From: Lama guanicoe | Lineage: Eukaryota | DNA length: 64,000 nucleotides | Assembly (NCBI GenBank): GCA_013239625.1 | Contig: MU057202.1 | Location: forward strand, 2,865,101-2,929,100 | Direction: 5' to 3' | In this document: one piece after another, positions 23,473 to 36,689 of the stretch | Layout of the letters: every line of letters begins with the position of its first letter | Numbering within the stretch: position 1 is the first letter of the stretch | The notes under the pieces: generated by a model | The model's input: the letters and a program-made list of their open reading frames with translations, nothing else | What the model was told of the DNA's origin: nothing | Databases searched by the model: none | Made by a program: the position numbers and the translations under genes

Positions 23473-24510
23473 AAAACATACACAGGAGTATCTTCCCCCA
23501 GCCAGTATATAAAGCACAGTAGATCCAGGAGCCTGGGCCCACCGGCCAGCAGCACAGAGAGCCTCCCTACTGGGTTCAAACTGCAGGACTTCACTGGAGA
23601 TTCTCTGAGGCTGAAAATACAGGGGGTGAGTTTTCCCTTCGAGGGGTGAGGATGCTGCAGCCAGCTGGCCTTTGTAGCTTTGAGCTGTTTTTTAATTCAT
23701 TAGGAGAGGTTACGAGGATGCTGGTAATCCCGGTCACGGGAGCTAGGATTCGAACCCAGGTTCAACGCCCAAACCCGTGCCTTTTCCACTGTGTCCTTCA
23801 AAGGACAAAACAGCATCTAAGGAAGAGACACAACCTCCAAACGCAGGCAGTGGTTTGGTGGTCCCACTCTTCTGCCTGTGGGAAGCGAGTCTGCAGCCTC
23901 AGCCAGCAGGCGCCACGTGCCGCTAAGATGCACGGATGAGCCCATTGCTGTGTGACCTTGAGCACATTGGTCAGCCTCTGGGAGCCTCAGGCTGCCCAGC
24001 GGGGGAATGAGGCGGGCTGGCAGGATGAACTGAGATCATGACCCCATGCTGTGCAGTCAGACAGCAGCAAGGCCAACCGCTGATGCTGGGGCCCCACGTC
24101 ACGTAACCTGGCACCTGTTAAAGAAGAGAGGGCTCCCTCCGGCTCAAGCATCTTGGGACTCTGCATGGACACCACATAAGGCCTTCAGAAATAGCGACAC
24201 CAACTGCCCGGGGCACAAACCCACCACTGGCTGCAAGTCAGCCAAACCCCACCAAAAATAGCCTCCTGGAAAAACCACTCCCCACTGTTGCCAACAACAG
24301 AGAGAACAGGGAATGGGGCGCTGCTGGGATGGGAGGGGACTGGGCACATGAGCATCGCTCCCTCCTCTGGCAGGTGAAGAGCTGCAGGGTTCCAAAGGCT
24401 TTCCCAAGGTCACTCTCCAGGCAGGACTGGAGTCTAGGGACCAGGGCTCCACGCTCTCCCCACATCCAGCTCCCCCCAGAATTCTGCCTGAAAGCAGGCT
24501 CCCTGCATCC

Positions 24511-24758
24511 NNNNNNNNNNNNNNNNNNNNNNNNNNNNNNNNNNNNNNNNNNNNNNNNNNNNNNNNNNNNNNNNNNNNNNNNNNNNNNNNNNNNNNNNNN
24601 NNNNNNNNNNNNNNNNNNNNNNNNNNNNNNNNNNNNNNNNNNNNNNNNNNNNNNNNNNNNNNNNNNNNNNNNNNNNNNNNNNNNNNNNNNNNNNNNNNNN
24701 NNNNNNNNNNNNNNNNNNNNNNNNNNNNNNNNNNNNNNNNNNNNNNNNNNNNNNNNNN
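24511..24758. other. Assembly gap (248 N) in CA5A intron 2
   Basis: Run of n. Confidence 1.
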
Positions 24759-26080
24759 ACCCCACCCCACCCCCGTCTGCTTCCTAAAGAGAGCAGCCCG
24801 CCCGTCCACCGTCCACCCGTTTAAGGAAGAGAATGTGGATGGAGCGCTGGCTTTGGAATCCAGGTCCTCCGCCTGCCAGGAAGAATGTTCCTCTCAGTGG
24901 GGCTGCTCCTCCCCACCTTCTAGCCAACATCTGGTCATTTGTAAGTGAACGGCAGCGGCCACCCTGGGCTGGGACCTAGCAAACTCATAACAACCCCCCA
25001 AAGGCTGCTGCCCCTGGATCCTCTGGGACCTGCAAACGCAGATGAGGAGAAGAGCACGGAGGTGAGCGGCAGCAGAGCCCACAAGCCCCGGCGGGGCTGC
25101 AGCAGCTCCCCTGGCGGGGCGGGTGCACCCGGAATCGGGCATTCTGGTGCCCGTGAGCACCACTCCTTGAAACGCATTTCAGGAGAAGAGAAAGAGCGCA
25201 AGAAGCCGGCGGGGACTGACGCAATGGGAGCTCCTTGTACAAACATACACAGCTGTTGATTTAAACACCACCAGCCTCTTTGAAGTCTGGAACAGAAGAC
25301 TCTCTAGAACAGTGTCTCTAAAATCAGATGGACCGGCAGAGACAGTCACCAGCCAGTGTCATTATTTAAAAACCGGAGAACAGTGTCTTACCGCCCTTTC
25401 TGTAGGTGGTCAGGGGTGTGCTCGGGGTCAGGGGTGGCACCGTCGCCTCCAAACGCAGTGATTGCAGTCCAATTACTGAACTGCTCCCAGTCTCAGTCTC
25501 CCTGCCGGTTAAATGGGGTGGATCCTAGTGCCTGATTGACAAGGACATTGCAAGGATTAAGGACAAAGTCCTTAGCAGAGTGTCTGGTATTCAGGGTGCA
25601 CCCAAAGGACAAAAAGCCAGCAGCCATGGCCTGTCTCTGCTGTGGGATGAAGGGACAGACAAAGGAGTAAAGGGTCTTGCCTGATGGTCAGCATGAGCTG
25701 TGGAGGCTCCTAGCTGACAAGCCAGCGTTTGCTGAATGCCTGCTACACTGGGCGTCATGCAAAGCACCCTGCCTTCCCCAGGGACCGCTCCTCACAGCAA
25801 CCCTTCCAGCACTCACTGTCATCCCACTTTTGAGATGGGGAGACTGAGACTTAGAAGAGTTAAGTCACCTGTCCCGGGTCACCCAGTGCCCCCTACCCAG
25901 GCCTGCTCGAAGGTCCAGCCCCTTAGCTTTCATGGCAGGATTCAAGCTAAACTTTTGGCTTTTCCTGCCCCAAAAGTTAAGAGCCCAGTTTAAGGCTGCA
26001 GCTCTGAATAAAATCATCTCAAAGTGACTTTCTATAATGAGAAGGTGGTGTCAGGGTAATTCCCTTCAATAAAACAGGTT

Positions 26081-26214
26081 GGGGGTGGGTAAGCTCAGTG
26101 TTAGAGCATGTGCTTAGCATGCACGAGGTCCTAGGATCAATCCCCAGTACCTCCATTAAAAGAAAAACAAAACACCTAATTACCTCCCCCCTCCAAAATA
26201 AAATAAAATAAAAG
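26081..26214 (+). mobile_element. tRNA-Ala-derived SINE, camelid Vic-1 type
   Basis: AGCTCAGTGTTAGAGCATGTGCTTAGCATGCACGAGGTCCTAGGATCAATCCCCAGTACCTCC head, CCTAATTACCTCCCCC tail, (AAAAT)n end; TSD taaaacaggtt (26070-26080) / taaagcaggtt (26215-26225). Confidence 0.87.
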
Positions 26215-29200
26215 TAAAGCAGGTTAAAAAGATAAGCTCAATCTGTGAAAAGGGGGTCTTTAGCTTGTCAGCCCCAGACGCCTCCGCCAGCGGGGTGTTC
26301 ACGGACCGTCGCCCCGGCACCGTGAACCCCAAGGTCTCCATGGCGGCTGCATCGAGACGTAACAGGGGAGTTGGTCCCTGAGGATGGACAGCATCGGAGG
26401 CCGACTCCAAGCCCAGACCCCACGGTCCCTGTTCTCACCACAGAGCTGATGACGGCCGTCTATTTGCAGTTTGGGGCTGTCACCAAGATGAGCCAGCTGT
26501 CGGCAGGCACGGCTGTTTTAAGGCTTAAAATAAGCACAAGAGCAGTTGGAGATGTTGTAATGAATCAAACCGGCAAATAGCACGGCACGCTGAGCACCCG
26601 CCTGTTCTCAGGACTCTGTGGGATTCAGCTCACGTTCTGACACCCTCTGCACCAGGGCGAAGGCTCTCCGTGTGTTCTCTGCATCAGGAGGGTCTTTGTC
26701 ACTCTGAGAAGGCAGGCGGCCAGCGTGCTCTCAGGGCCTGAGGGGCACAGCCTCACCCCCAGGACTCTGAAGGCCAGAAACAAGTGAGGGCAGGCTGCTC
26801 TGGGGGAGCTGAACTCTGGGGCCATCACTGGTTGGCTCTGGGTTTGAAGCCAGGCCATGTGGCCGGAGAATGGGCGATGGGAGTGCAGCTGGGGACGGAG
26901 GGGCCAGTGACCTTAGCCTGGCTGGTGCTGGGGGCCGGGAGGGACTGACATGGCTTCCTGGGCTGTCGAGGGAAGAGCGCTTTCCTAGGTGGGGATTATC
27001 CTTTCACGGACTGGGCGAGGGGACAGGCTCAGAGAACCACACCTCACCAACCTCCAAAATAACACCTTCCCCCAAACATACTCACACCCAGAACTTAAGG
27101 GAAGAAATAGCGAACAAGGAATGGAGGTAGAAAACATACAGTTGTAGGAGCCGTATTGCCAGTTTACAAATTTGCAGTGAAAAGTAACTGCCCAGGATAA
27201 AAATGTGACAATCGTGTCCCTTCTTCCTGGTCAAGGTGTCTTCTCTGGACCCAGTAGCCACAGTCGCCTTCCTGAGAGCACAGGGTTCCCTTCCTAGAAC
27301 CTGTCTTCCCCCGTGCAAGTCTGGGAACCACCAGCTCACGCCCACCTCAGGCCCCTCACCTGACCCGGCCAGAGAGAAGGATCTCCTGGGACCTGGGTCC
27401 CGCATGGGTGCAAAGCAGTTCCTGACCTGGCTCCAGGGCCCACCTTCAGCCTGCCTTTCCAGCAGGGACCCTCCAAATTCTTCTGGGCATCTCCCTTTTG
27501 GCCTGTGTGCTGGAGACAGGTGTTTTGGCCAAAGATCCCCGACTGATGGAAGAGAATCTGTGAGCTTTGTGAACTCCAAAGCCACACCGGTCTGCGAGCA
27601 TGCGTCCCCTCCAGGAGCAGACACTGGAGAACGGTGCTCAGGGACTCGGGCGCAGGACCTGCCCTGCTGGCACTGGGACTCATTGTCAGTGGTCATTTAG
27701 ATGATCAAAGGCCATGACTGGCTTCACTTCACACGTGGCTTACAATTCACTTTGGTGCTGGAAGGAGCCATAGCCAGGGCCTGTTAGCATCCCTGCGAGA
27801 GTGACCCTTCAGGAAGGCTGCTCACCAGTTGCCATGGGGCCCCCAGGCTTGCAGTTTCCACTTTACCTCCTGCAGCTGATGGACAGGATCATGCAAACAG
27901 AGTCCTCTGTGGTCAGAAAGTGAGAGGCCTGGCCAGTGCCGCCTCCGTGCCGTCTCCGTACTCCCTCTGGCGGGACCCGGGAGCAGAGCACAGCCCTGCC
28001 GCGTTTTGACCGTCTCACTGACGGAACTGGATTGAATGCTCACTCCTCCCACTGCACACGGGCCTGTTCCACTCCTCCCACTGAGTGGGTATCAGACTTC
28101 AGCTTATAGAAGAGGAGACTGAGGGTCAGAGAGGTCAGCAGACACGCTCACGCCACGCGGCTCCAGAGCTGAGCCCTGACCACCACGCTGTGCTCCCTGT
28201 TCCCTGAGCCCTTCAGGAGGAAGATGAGCTGCCCCCAACGGAGGAGGGTCCTTCCATCTGCTGGGCTACTGACTCCACACGGCCAAGTGGGTGGGAGGGG
28301 GTCAACTGGGCATCTGAGCTCCCAGGACTCAGCCCTACGGTGTTGGCTTCTTTGCTTTTCTGTGGATGGCAGGGAGTGGGATTTAGAAACAGCCTGCAGT
28401 TCGAATACTGGATATGGAGGTCCTCTTCCCGGACATGGGGATATTTACCCACCTCTGGGGGTTACCGTGAGAATTCAGTGCCCTGAAATGTGGACCCTGA
28501 TTCGCACACTTATTTGCCCCGTATGGACACTCAGAGCACCTGGCAGCAGCGATGACCATCACTACTGGTAGTAGTTTAGGACCTGACTTCGAGAACACAG
28601 GCGTCTCCTCAAGAAGCAGCGGGATCCATCTGTGGCCTCTGGCCCTTGACCTTCCATCCTGCTTTCTGCACCTGCGCTGCCCACGTGGTGGAAGGAGCGG
28701 CACCACCCCTCCAGGACAAGGATACCCGCGTGCTGGGGCGAGGGGGCCTCACCAGTGAGGGGTCCGTGGAGCACGACCACGGGTCCGTGTGGGGCTGGTG
28801 CTGTCTTCCTTTCCGCCTCCTCCCCTCCTGCAAGCGTCTCCCCCCAGCCCTTCCTCTGGCCGGTCAGCCCTCACATTCCTTGAGAAGAGCTGCCACCTCC
28901 ACCTCTGATGTTCATCATCTCTGCCTGGCTTCAATGTCCCAGTACTCCTGTCCCTCCCGCTGGAAACACTGGACAGATGCGGACGGGAATGCCCTCGGTC
29001 CCCAGCTCTGGTTCCCTCCGAGTTCCTGGTGCTCACCTGTCGGCACGACCTGACCAGAGGGACCACATTCTGTGCAAAATGACATCTGCCCCATCTGCCT
29101 TCTCCACTCATATCCTTTCTGCTCCTGGGGCTCTTCCTTTCCCATCTATGCAGGGTTTTTTGGGTGTTTTTAAAATTATGGGACTGCCTCACTATTTTCA

Positions 29201-32200
29201 TTTTTTACTGCAAAACTTTTTTGTGTTCTTCCCATCTTTCAGCGGCAATTTCTATTTCCTTTGCTCCCAGCAGCTCCCAGTTTCTATTGGAGGTGAACAA
29301 AGGAGACAGAAAATCTGACAGAGGGGGCTGCAGGCTGGAGATGGGGGGTGGCCATGTGAAACTGAGCAGGAGAGAAAGAGGAAACTGGGCTTTTGGGGAA
29401 ATGACAAGTAAAGTGAAACCAGATTGGCTTGTGTGGACCTAAGCCATGGAGGGGATTATCCAACTAATTTATATGGCCCGGGAGAGACACCCAGATAATT
29501 CTTTCAGACTGTGCAGGGCAGTGGGGGGCGGTCATTTTGAACCAGATTGAGAAGGTGGTGGAGGAGCCAAAAAGTGGGGGTCAGGACCAGGTCAGTGCAG
29601 AGGCCTGGCTGCAACAGGGCAGAGAAAGCCCTGAATTTGAGGGTGACCAGAATCAGGGTGGGTGAGGTCAGTTCAGATTCAACAGCAAATGGGGGGCTCC
29701 CAGGAGAGCATGGGTGTGCCTCTCTTCTGGGAACAGCACCCCTGTGGCCCTCCCTTCTCGGTCCCTCTTGCTCCAGGCGGGCTCACCCTCGGTCACTGCG
29801 GCGGCCTTGCCTTACACGAGTGACCGAAGTGGGGTGATGACCAGCAGCCTGGGTCAGTGCTGCAGTCGTGGGGACAGAGACGCTGCCCTCGGTGCCACTC
29901 TCCTGGGAAGCGACCCCATCTGGGAACCCCTGCTGGGTACAAATCCCCCCAGAGGAAGGCAGAGCTGAGCGAGGGACAGTCTGACCCAGCCATGCCTGGA
30001 CGTTTCAGGATCTGAGCCAATAAGTTTCCCTCTTCGTTGCTGAAGGTAATTTGAGTTTCAGCCACGTGCAACCAAAAAGGAGTCTTAACCAACACAGAGA
30101 AGGCAGCAGGGCTGGGAGGGAAGGGGGCAAGGACCAGCGGTGACTGGGACTAGCTCTGGTGGGCTCCTGGGAACCGCCTGCGAGCACCTCCTCCCAGCTG
30201 ATGGGCGGTGACTGCACTGGGAGCCTGAAGCGTCCGTGCGGGAGTGTTTACACCGCGGAAGGTGGCGGACACTGCACATCATGCTCTCCTGCCCCGCCTC
30301 CCAGACCTAGAGAGCCAGTCACCCAGCATTTACCAGCAGTCCGCCAGCCACACACTCGGAAGGGCCCGCTCTCCGGAGGAGGGATCTGAGAGCCCCGCAG
30401 CGCCGCGCTCTGCCTGCCAGTCTTCGTGGGTCAAGCTGATCGGCACTGTCACCGTCCCCCCTCCATCCCGCCCGGGCTGTGCAGCCGCGCCTACCACGGG
30501 ACCACGTTTGAGCGAAGAGTAAAGCTGAGGCAGAGACCCCCCAGCTGCCTCCTTTCTGCTTCTCCTCAGTCCGGTCCCTTCTGTCTGCTTGTCTGGAAAC
30601 AAGGGGCAGACACTGAAACCACGCTGACGGGAGCAAGAAAGAGCCTCGCTCGTCCGGCGCAGCTGCACTCAGAGGCCCGGCTAGAGGCCTGGGGCCTGGC
30701 TTCTCCCACCCTGGGCCTTGCTCCCCGTGCCCGCCAGCCCGAGGACCGCAGGCCCGGGCTCACCTGTCCCCGCACACTGCGGGCGGGAGAGGTTCCCTCC
30801 TAACCTGGCTCCGAAGACCCCCTCGGCTCTCATTGGCCGGGCTTGAGTCACATGCCCACTTTGGGCCAATCACTGAAGCCAGGGAAAGGGGCGCTCCGAC
30901 TGGCCACGCCCCCTCCTATGATTCGGGCTTTGGGTCAAAATTCAGGAGGTTGAAATTCTTGACCAAAAGGAGGCCTTGATTTGTGATTCTGGGGATGCTT
31001 TCAGCCACGGTAGTCTGGTTTCCCAGCCCAAACTCTGACCTGAGCTCCCGCAGATACGGGAACATCCAGGTTCCCAGGTCTGGCGGCCGTAAGACACCCG
31101 AGCAGAACCACAGCCTGTAAGCGTCGCCGGGGCGTCCCCGTGCCACCTGTGGGCGGGCCTGGCGTGGGCTGCTTCCTGCTGTGGGCGAGGGACGGCGTCC
31201 CAGGCCGACCTCAGCGCCCCTGCCCTCGCGTCCGGCGGGTCCGCGCACACGGGCTTGGCTGGGCTCGAGCCAGGAGCCGTGCCTGGACCCTGAGGACCTG
31301 GCGTGAGCTCGGGCATGCTCACCCCATGTTGGGGTCTCCTCCCCTGAGTTCAGGCCTCCGACCTGCTCTCCGTGGGTGTTGCACGCACATTCTTCCCACG
31401 GAGGGTTTATGCTCCTTTAAGTCCCTTCTTTGGAGAGCAGAGACCCCGTGGTGAGGGCGCTGTGACCTCTGTCCAGGAGTCTCTGAGCCTCCTGGCTCTC
31501 ATCTCTCAAACAGGGATTAAAGTGTATCTCACACTAGGTCTGCGCAAGGGAAGCCCTTGGCAGTGGGGCGGGGGCCGCGCACAGCTGCTGCAGCGATGTG
31601 GTGGGTTTCAGAATCAGTGGGGGTTGGGTCTGAAGCAGACCCCTCTGCTCCCCTGCCCTCCACCTGGAGTAAGTCACTCCCCACGGAGCCTCTGTTTCTC
31701 CTCGCACAGAACAAGGGTGCCCACGCTCTTTACAGCTGTGTCTGTCTGCCGTGTGCTCTTACTCATCTGATGGGGGTGCCTCTAAAGGGCGTGTTTACAC
31801 GTCTGTCTGTGTAGCATACCCTCCCCTTCTAGAAGCAGCACCACGATTACTCCTGGGACCCACACCTCCTTGGGTATGTGGTCCTGATGAGGATCTTGGT
31901 CAGGGTGCTGGGTGCTCCACGGACGCACGGCTGGGCGGGTGCCAAGATCAGCCCCCTGTCCCTCTCCCCTGGAATCTGAATGATTGTATCAAATGTATCT
32001 TAACAATACACATGCAAAAGTCCAAAGTCACCTTCACAATTTTTCCTATTTTATGACCTAAAGGAAAATAAATCTGCTGCAGAGACATCAGCGAGGCTCA
32101 CGGCTGCACATAGAAGTCACACAGGAAAAGAATGGATTCTGTAGCAGCTCGGCCACACCCATCACTGCTTTTCTCGCAATTAGTGCGTTCCCGCACCTGT

Positions 32201-33835
32201 GAGCCAACCAATTAAAAGTGCAGGAACTATTACTCTTTATTCACTCTTTTAAAGTCATGGCATAAAATTAAAAAAAAATACGTACCATATTAAACCTGAA
32301 AAACCAATTATAGTTGCTCTTTGGGAATCTGAACTTGGAACAGACCAGCAGAGGCAGAAGTTGGCACACCAAGCAAATAAACGCAGAAACCCCTGGTCCC
32401 CCCGTCCCCACGTCCCCGAGCTGGCTTGCTCCTGTGCCTTTTAAGATCTGGTCAATGTCCAACTCTCTCTTCTCCTCTTTGAGCTAATCTTATCCTCCCA
32501 AGAAGAGCCTTTTGCTTCTCTTGGCCCAGGTTGGGGTTCCTGTCACTTGCATTTGGTGAACCCTACATGAGAAGCATCCCCAAAGGACACTGTGACAGCT
32601 GTCCCAGGCATGTAGACTGTGCCCAGGAAACACGGGCTCCTCTTTACCTGGGAGATGAGGAAAGAGACCCTTGAAAAGTCTGAGCCACATGTGTGCAAAG
32701 CACCTGCCAGGGCCTGGCATAGGGAAAAAGGTCTCTCGAGCCCACTGCTGCAGCCATCGGGACAGGTCAGTCTGGGCCTCGCTTGTGGTCAAGTCCCTCT
32801 GCCCAGCGCCAAGCAGGCTGGCACACGGGATTCCGGCTGCTCAGAGGGCTTCCGTGTTGGGGCTGAGAATTTCTAAGCAATCCCAGCCCTCAGTGGTGGA
32901 AGTACACATACAGAGGTCACAGCAGAGCCAGGTCACAGGGTCAGGCGGGCCTCCCCGCCACAGGGGCAGATTGAAGGCCCTGGGGATAGGAGTTTATCTG
33001 TTCTGCCGGTTGCGCTGAATCCCCCGCAGTGAGCTGTGACTCATGTGGAGGGTCGCCCACCAGGGACACCTGTAGGACACTTGGTGCCCAGGTTTTCACA
33101 GGGGCTGAGCACGTGGGCACCCTCTTTCGTAAATTCCCAACGCCCAGAAGGAGACAGATGTTTGGCATAAACAAGGCTTATGATGATGCCACGAGGTGCC
33201 AAAGAAACACCAGATGGAATCCAGCAGCCAGTCCCAGTAAGTGAAACAGAAGTGGAAGGAAACTTCCTAACCCCGTGGGGTGTCCACCCTGTCCTGGTGA
33301 GGGTTTAATGAGATGTTCCACGTAGATCCCCTGGCAAGATGCTGGGACCCAATAAGGGCTCAGTGACTTCTGGGATCTCTCTCCCATGTCCCTGCCCACT
33401 GGCGCTGGACCGGCGCTGCCACCAGCATCCCAGATAGCCTCCGCTCGGTTCCTACTCCCTGCTCCTCTCCTCTGATAGCTGGGCGTCCAGCCAGGTCACT
33501 GTGCCCTGTGTCACTCTGAGTAAGAACCAGCGAGGTTCCCAGGCTCCAGACGCCCCCCCCCACCCCGCATCAGCATGATCTCCCTCCTCCTCTCCCCTCA
33601 GGCCTCCCTCCACCCCCTCTCTCCTCTACCGGTTCTGCTCTTTTCCTGCTGTGACACATACTTCTGTTTTATTAGTGCATTGTTCCTTCCCCAGTGATGG
33701 CGGGAACATAGGTGGTCTGTGTCACTCTGCACCCCCCGCCCCGTCACCACCCTTGCCTGTTCTCTGTCCCCGAACAGTGTGTATACGCTCAGGAGTGACA
33801 GAACCCAAGGGACCGAAACCCCAGCTCAGGCTCAC

Positions 33836-34033
33836 CTGACCCCTCGCTGGAGTCGTCAAATTCCACCTGGAAGAGGTACCCAGTGTTCCATGCGCACAGG
33901 CAGGCCGCCGCATCATAGGAGACCCTGAGGGGCTTCAGCCGGGGGTCGTAGACGCTGTCCCTCCAGCGGATGTTGATGGGGGACTGCCGGGCGCCCCCCT
34001 GCACAGAGGCCGGGCCCTTCCAGAGGGAGTGCA
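33836..34033 (-). CDS. CA5A: CA5A exon 2
   Basis: 198 nt, CAG acceptor and GTGAG donor. Encodes [65 protein letters not shown], with the alpha-CA QSPINI motif and the CA V-type Tyr in NTGY. Confidence 0.97.
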
Positions 34034-36397
34034 CTGGGGCAGAGAAGGAAGGGGAGACCCTGAAGGCGGGTGGCATCATTCCAGCCTCAGAGGCAGAAAC
34101 CTCACCAATGGGGTCCCCAGGGAGCCAGCGCTGTGCTCAGGAAGCTGGTCCAGTGCAAGCCTGGGGCCCCAGACCGCTCAGCCTCTCAACCCCGCCCACG
34201 GGCAGACCCTCGCTCATCTCCTCTGCAGATGCTGCCAGAACCTTGTTCCTTCCCACTTGGACTGCAGCTCGCCTTGGCCGAGTGGTGCCGCACTGGGTTG
34301 GTTCTGACCCATGGTCATTGTCACCGTGTGGCCACCAGAAGTCAGGCCCCCTGGGTCCAGCCCAGACCCAGACCCGGGGAGGCAGGCGGTGGAGGAGGGG
34401 GGCCGAGGGCAGAGCGGGTCGGAACTTCTCTTCCAGGCACATCCCACCCCTCTGGCTGACATTGTGGCCACGGGGCCTGTTCACAGTCACCCTTCCAGCT
34501 CCCTACAAGAAGGAGAGACCACTCCAGCAGCAAGAAAACTAAGCAGAATGGACCCTCACCCCCTTGGCTCGAGGTTTCTGCTGCTCTAGGCTGCTGCCCA
34601 GACCTGGCAGGCTTTTCTCTGTTCTTTGTGGACCCTGAGGGCCACCCCCAGCCCTCCACCAAAGGCCGCTCAAAGCCTGAAATTCCACCCTTAGATTCGT
34701 GTCTGCCTTCGCTACGAAGGTGGACACGTTGCTAAAGGCAATCCTTTATTTTGATACACAAACATAGAAATACTTTACACCAGGATTTGAGGGTGAGCTG
34801 GGGTGGGAGTGGCACAGAGCTGGGAGCTGGAGGGCGTCACGGTGAAGAGGAACATGGGGAATGGTCGTCTGGCTAACGGTGGGTGAGGAGCACCCAGCCA
34901 TGCGACAGACCCAGTTCGCACAGATTCACAGAGCAGAGGCTAGGCTGGTACAAAGGCAGTCGTCTTCCTTGGTCCCGAGGGGGAAAACTGGGGCCTCCCG
35001 AGGCCATGCAGGTCGTGTGAATGAGTGAGGCTGAGGGCTGGTGATTGTCACCCTGGGGTGGCAGGCAGCGGGGAGAGGTTGGGGCTGTGTCTGCAGAGCA
35101 CAGGGAGCACCTGTTGCCTGATTTTAAGTGAAGGAAGCCGAGCTGCATGGCCACACTCTACTGAGTGGTACTTTTGCTTTTTTGAAACATCTCATGTCTG
35201 TTTCTGTGGGCTTCAAGGGAAGCCAGAGGCTGTGCACTAAGCCGGCCACAGCCGCCGCCGCTGGGAACAGGGGTGTGAGGGGCTTTCCCTCTGCGAGCAC
35301 ACTGTCCTCTCTGGTTTGAAACCTACAGGAGGTCTGGGTGGGGCCTGAGGTTCTGCAGGCCTCGCAGGCCCCCAGGGGCTGCTGCTGGCCTGAGGGCCCC
35401 TTTGAGTGCTGGGCGACCAGAAGTTCAGGGCTCTGGTGTCTGTCTCTGTGCTGAGTCCCAGAGGGCCCCTGGGTCTCCTACTCTCTGGGACCTGCATCAG
35501 CTCCTGGGGCCACGCTCACCTGGGGGTGTTGGCCAGCACACCCCAGGCTGCTGCCCTCACCAGCAGGGGCCCAAGGTCTGGCCTAATGGGAACCCGAGTG
35601 GAGCCCAAGGTGCTCCTAGACATCACCCTGTGATCTGAGTGGAGATTTCAGCCTGGACCTCCGGTGCAGACCAACGGATTAACTGGAAGAGCCGTCAGCA
35701 TTGGCCGAGAGCCCTGTGTGTGCCAGGCTTTCCGCCCACGTCATTTCACCTTATGTGGCCCTGTGTGGCATTTCATCATCCCGTTTTACAGACGAGGAAA
35801 CTGAGGCTCAGGGAGGTGGAGCGGCCAGCTTGCACCACTGACAAGTGTCACTGCTGCCCACCCCCAGAGCGCCTGGCTCCGAAGCCCCGCTCTTTCAATC
35901 ACCCGAACCTGGGAAGTGCAGAATATTGATGTCAATGGCGAGCTCAGCCGTCCAGGCGGGGCTTGGATGTGACAGAGGAAGACCCTGAGGCCCAGAGAGC
36001 GGTGGGAGGAGTTCAAGGTCACCTCTGCCAGGAGGCCGGTGCAGGGCAGTCCCTGGATGGAGCTGGCGGGTGCCCTACATACCGTGTTTGCTGAAGTCCC
36101 CTGCTGGGGTTTGGAGCCTGATGCCAGCCGGGCATGGCTCGTCGGGGCTGGATGCCGAGAAACAGGAGCTTGTCTCAGGGCCAGGGGGTGCTTGCTACCT
36201 GCCTTGCTTCGAGCATCTCGCCCTCCTGATGGCCCCGTGAATCTGACGCTAAGGACTGGCCCTCATCTCCCACGGGAAAGACAAGCTGGAAGTCTGAACC
36301 CAAACTGTCTGCTTCCCGACCGTCTCCCATTTTGAAAGACACCAGAAAATGAGACAAACATCAAATTGTATCTGGGGAAACTCCAAGCTCTACTTAC

Positions 36398-36554
36398 ACG
36401 CGTTATTCTTGCTTCTCTCTGCACAGGGACCCAGCGAGCATGATCGCTCTGGCCTTAGCCAGTGACTGCGGAGGGCTCCCCACGTCTGCTTGACCAGGAT
36501 GGAGAGACCTGAGGACTCCGTATGGCTCCCGCCCAACACCGGGGTCCTGAGCAT
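36398..36554 (-). CDS. CA5A: CA5A exon 1 (mitochondrial targeting presequence)
   Basis: ATG at 36554: MLRTPVLGGSHTESSGLSILVKQTWGALRSHWLRPERSCSLGPCAERSKNNA(L). 157 nt, phase 1, GTAAGT donor at 36397-36392. Joins exon 2 in frame (T+TG = Leu) and resembles mammalian CA5A leaders. Confidence 0.88.
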
Positions 36555-36689
36555 CTTGTGTCTGTCCCCCAGGGACCCAATAACAAGAGGGAGGTTTTTC
36601 CTACGATCTGTCCTCCCTGTGGTCAGGACAGCCGAGGAGCAGGATGGACCCGCCTCTTTTTCTAAAAACTCACCCAGAGCCCTGAGCCT

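Noticed and set aside
14894-36554. Possibility that the carbonic anhydrase is a pseudogene or CA5B
   Set aside because: All seven exons are in frame with GT-AG sites and intact catalytic residues; sequence and position next to SLC7A5 fit CA5A.
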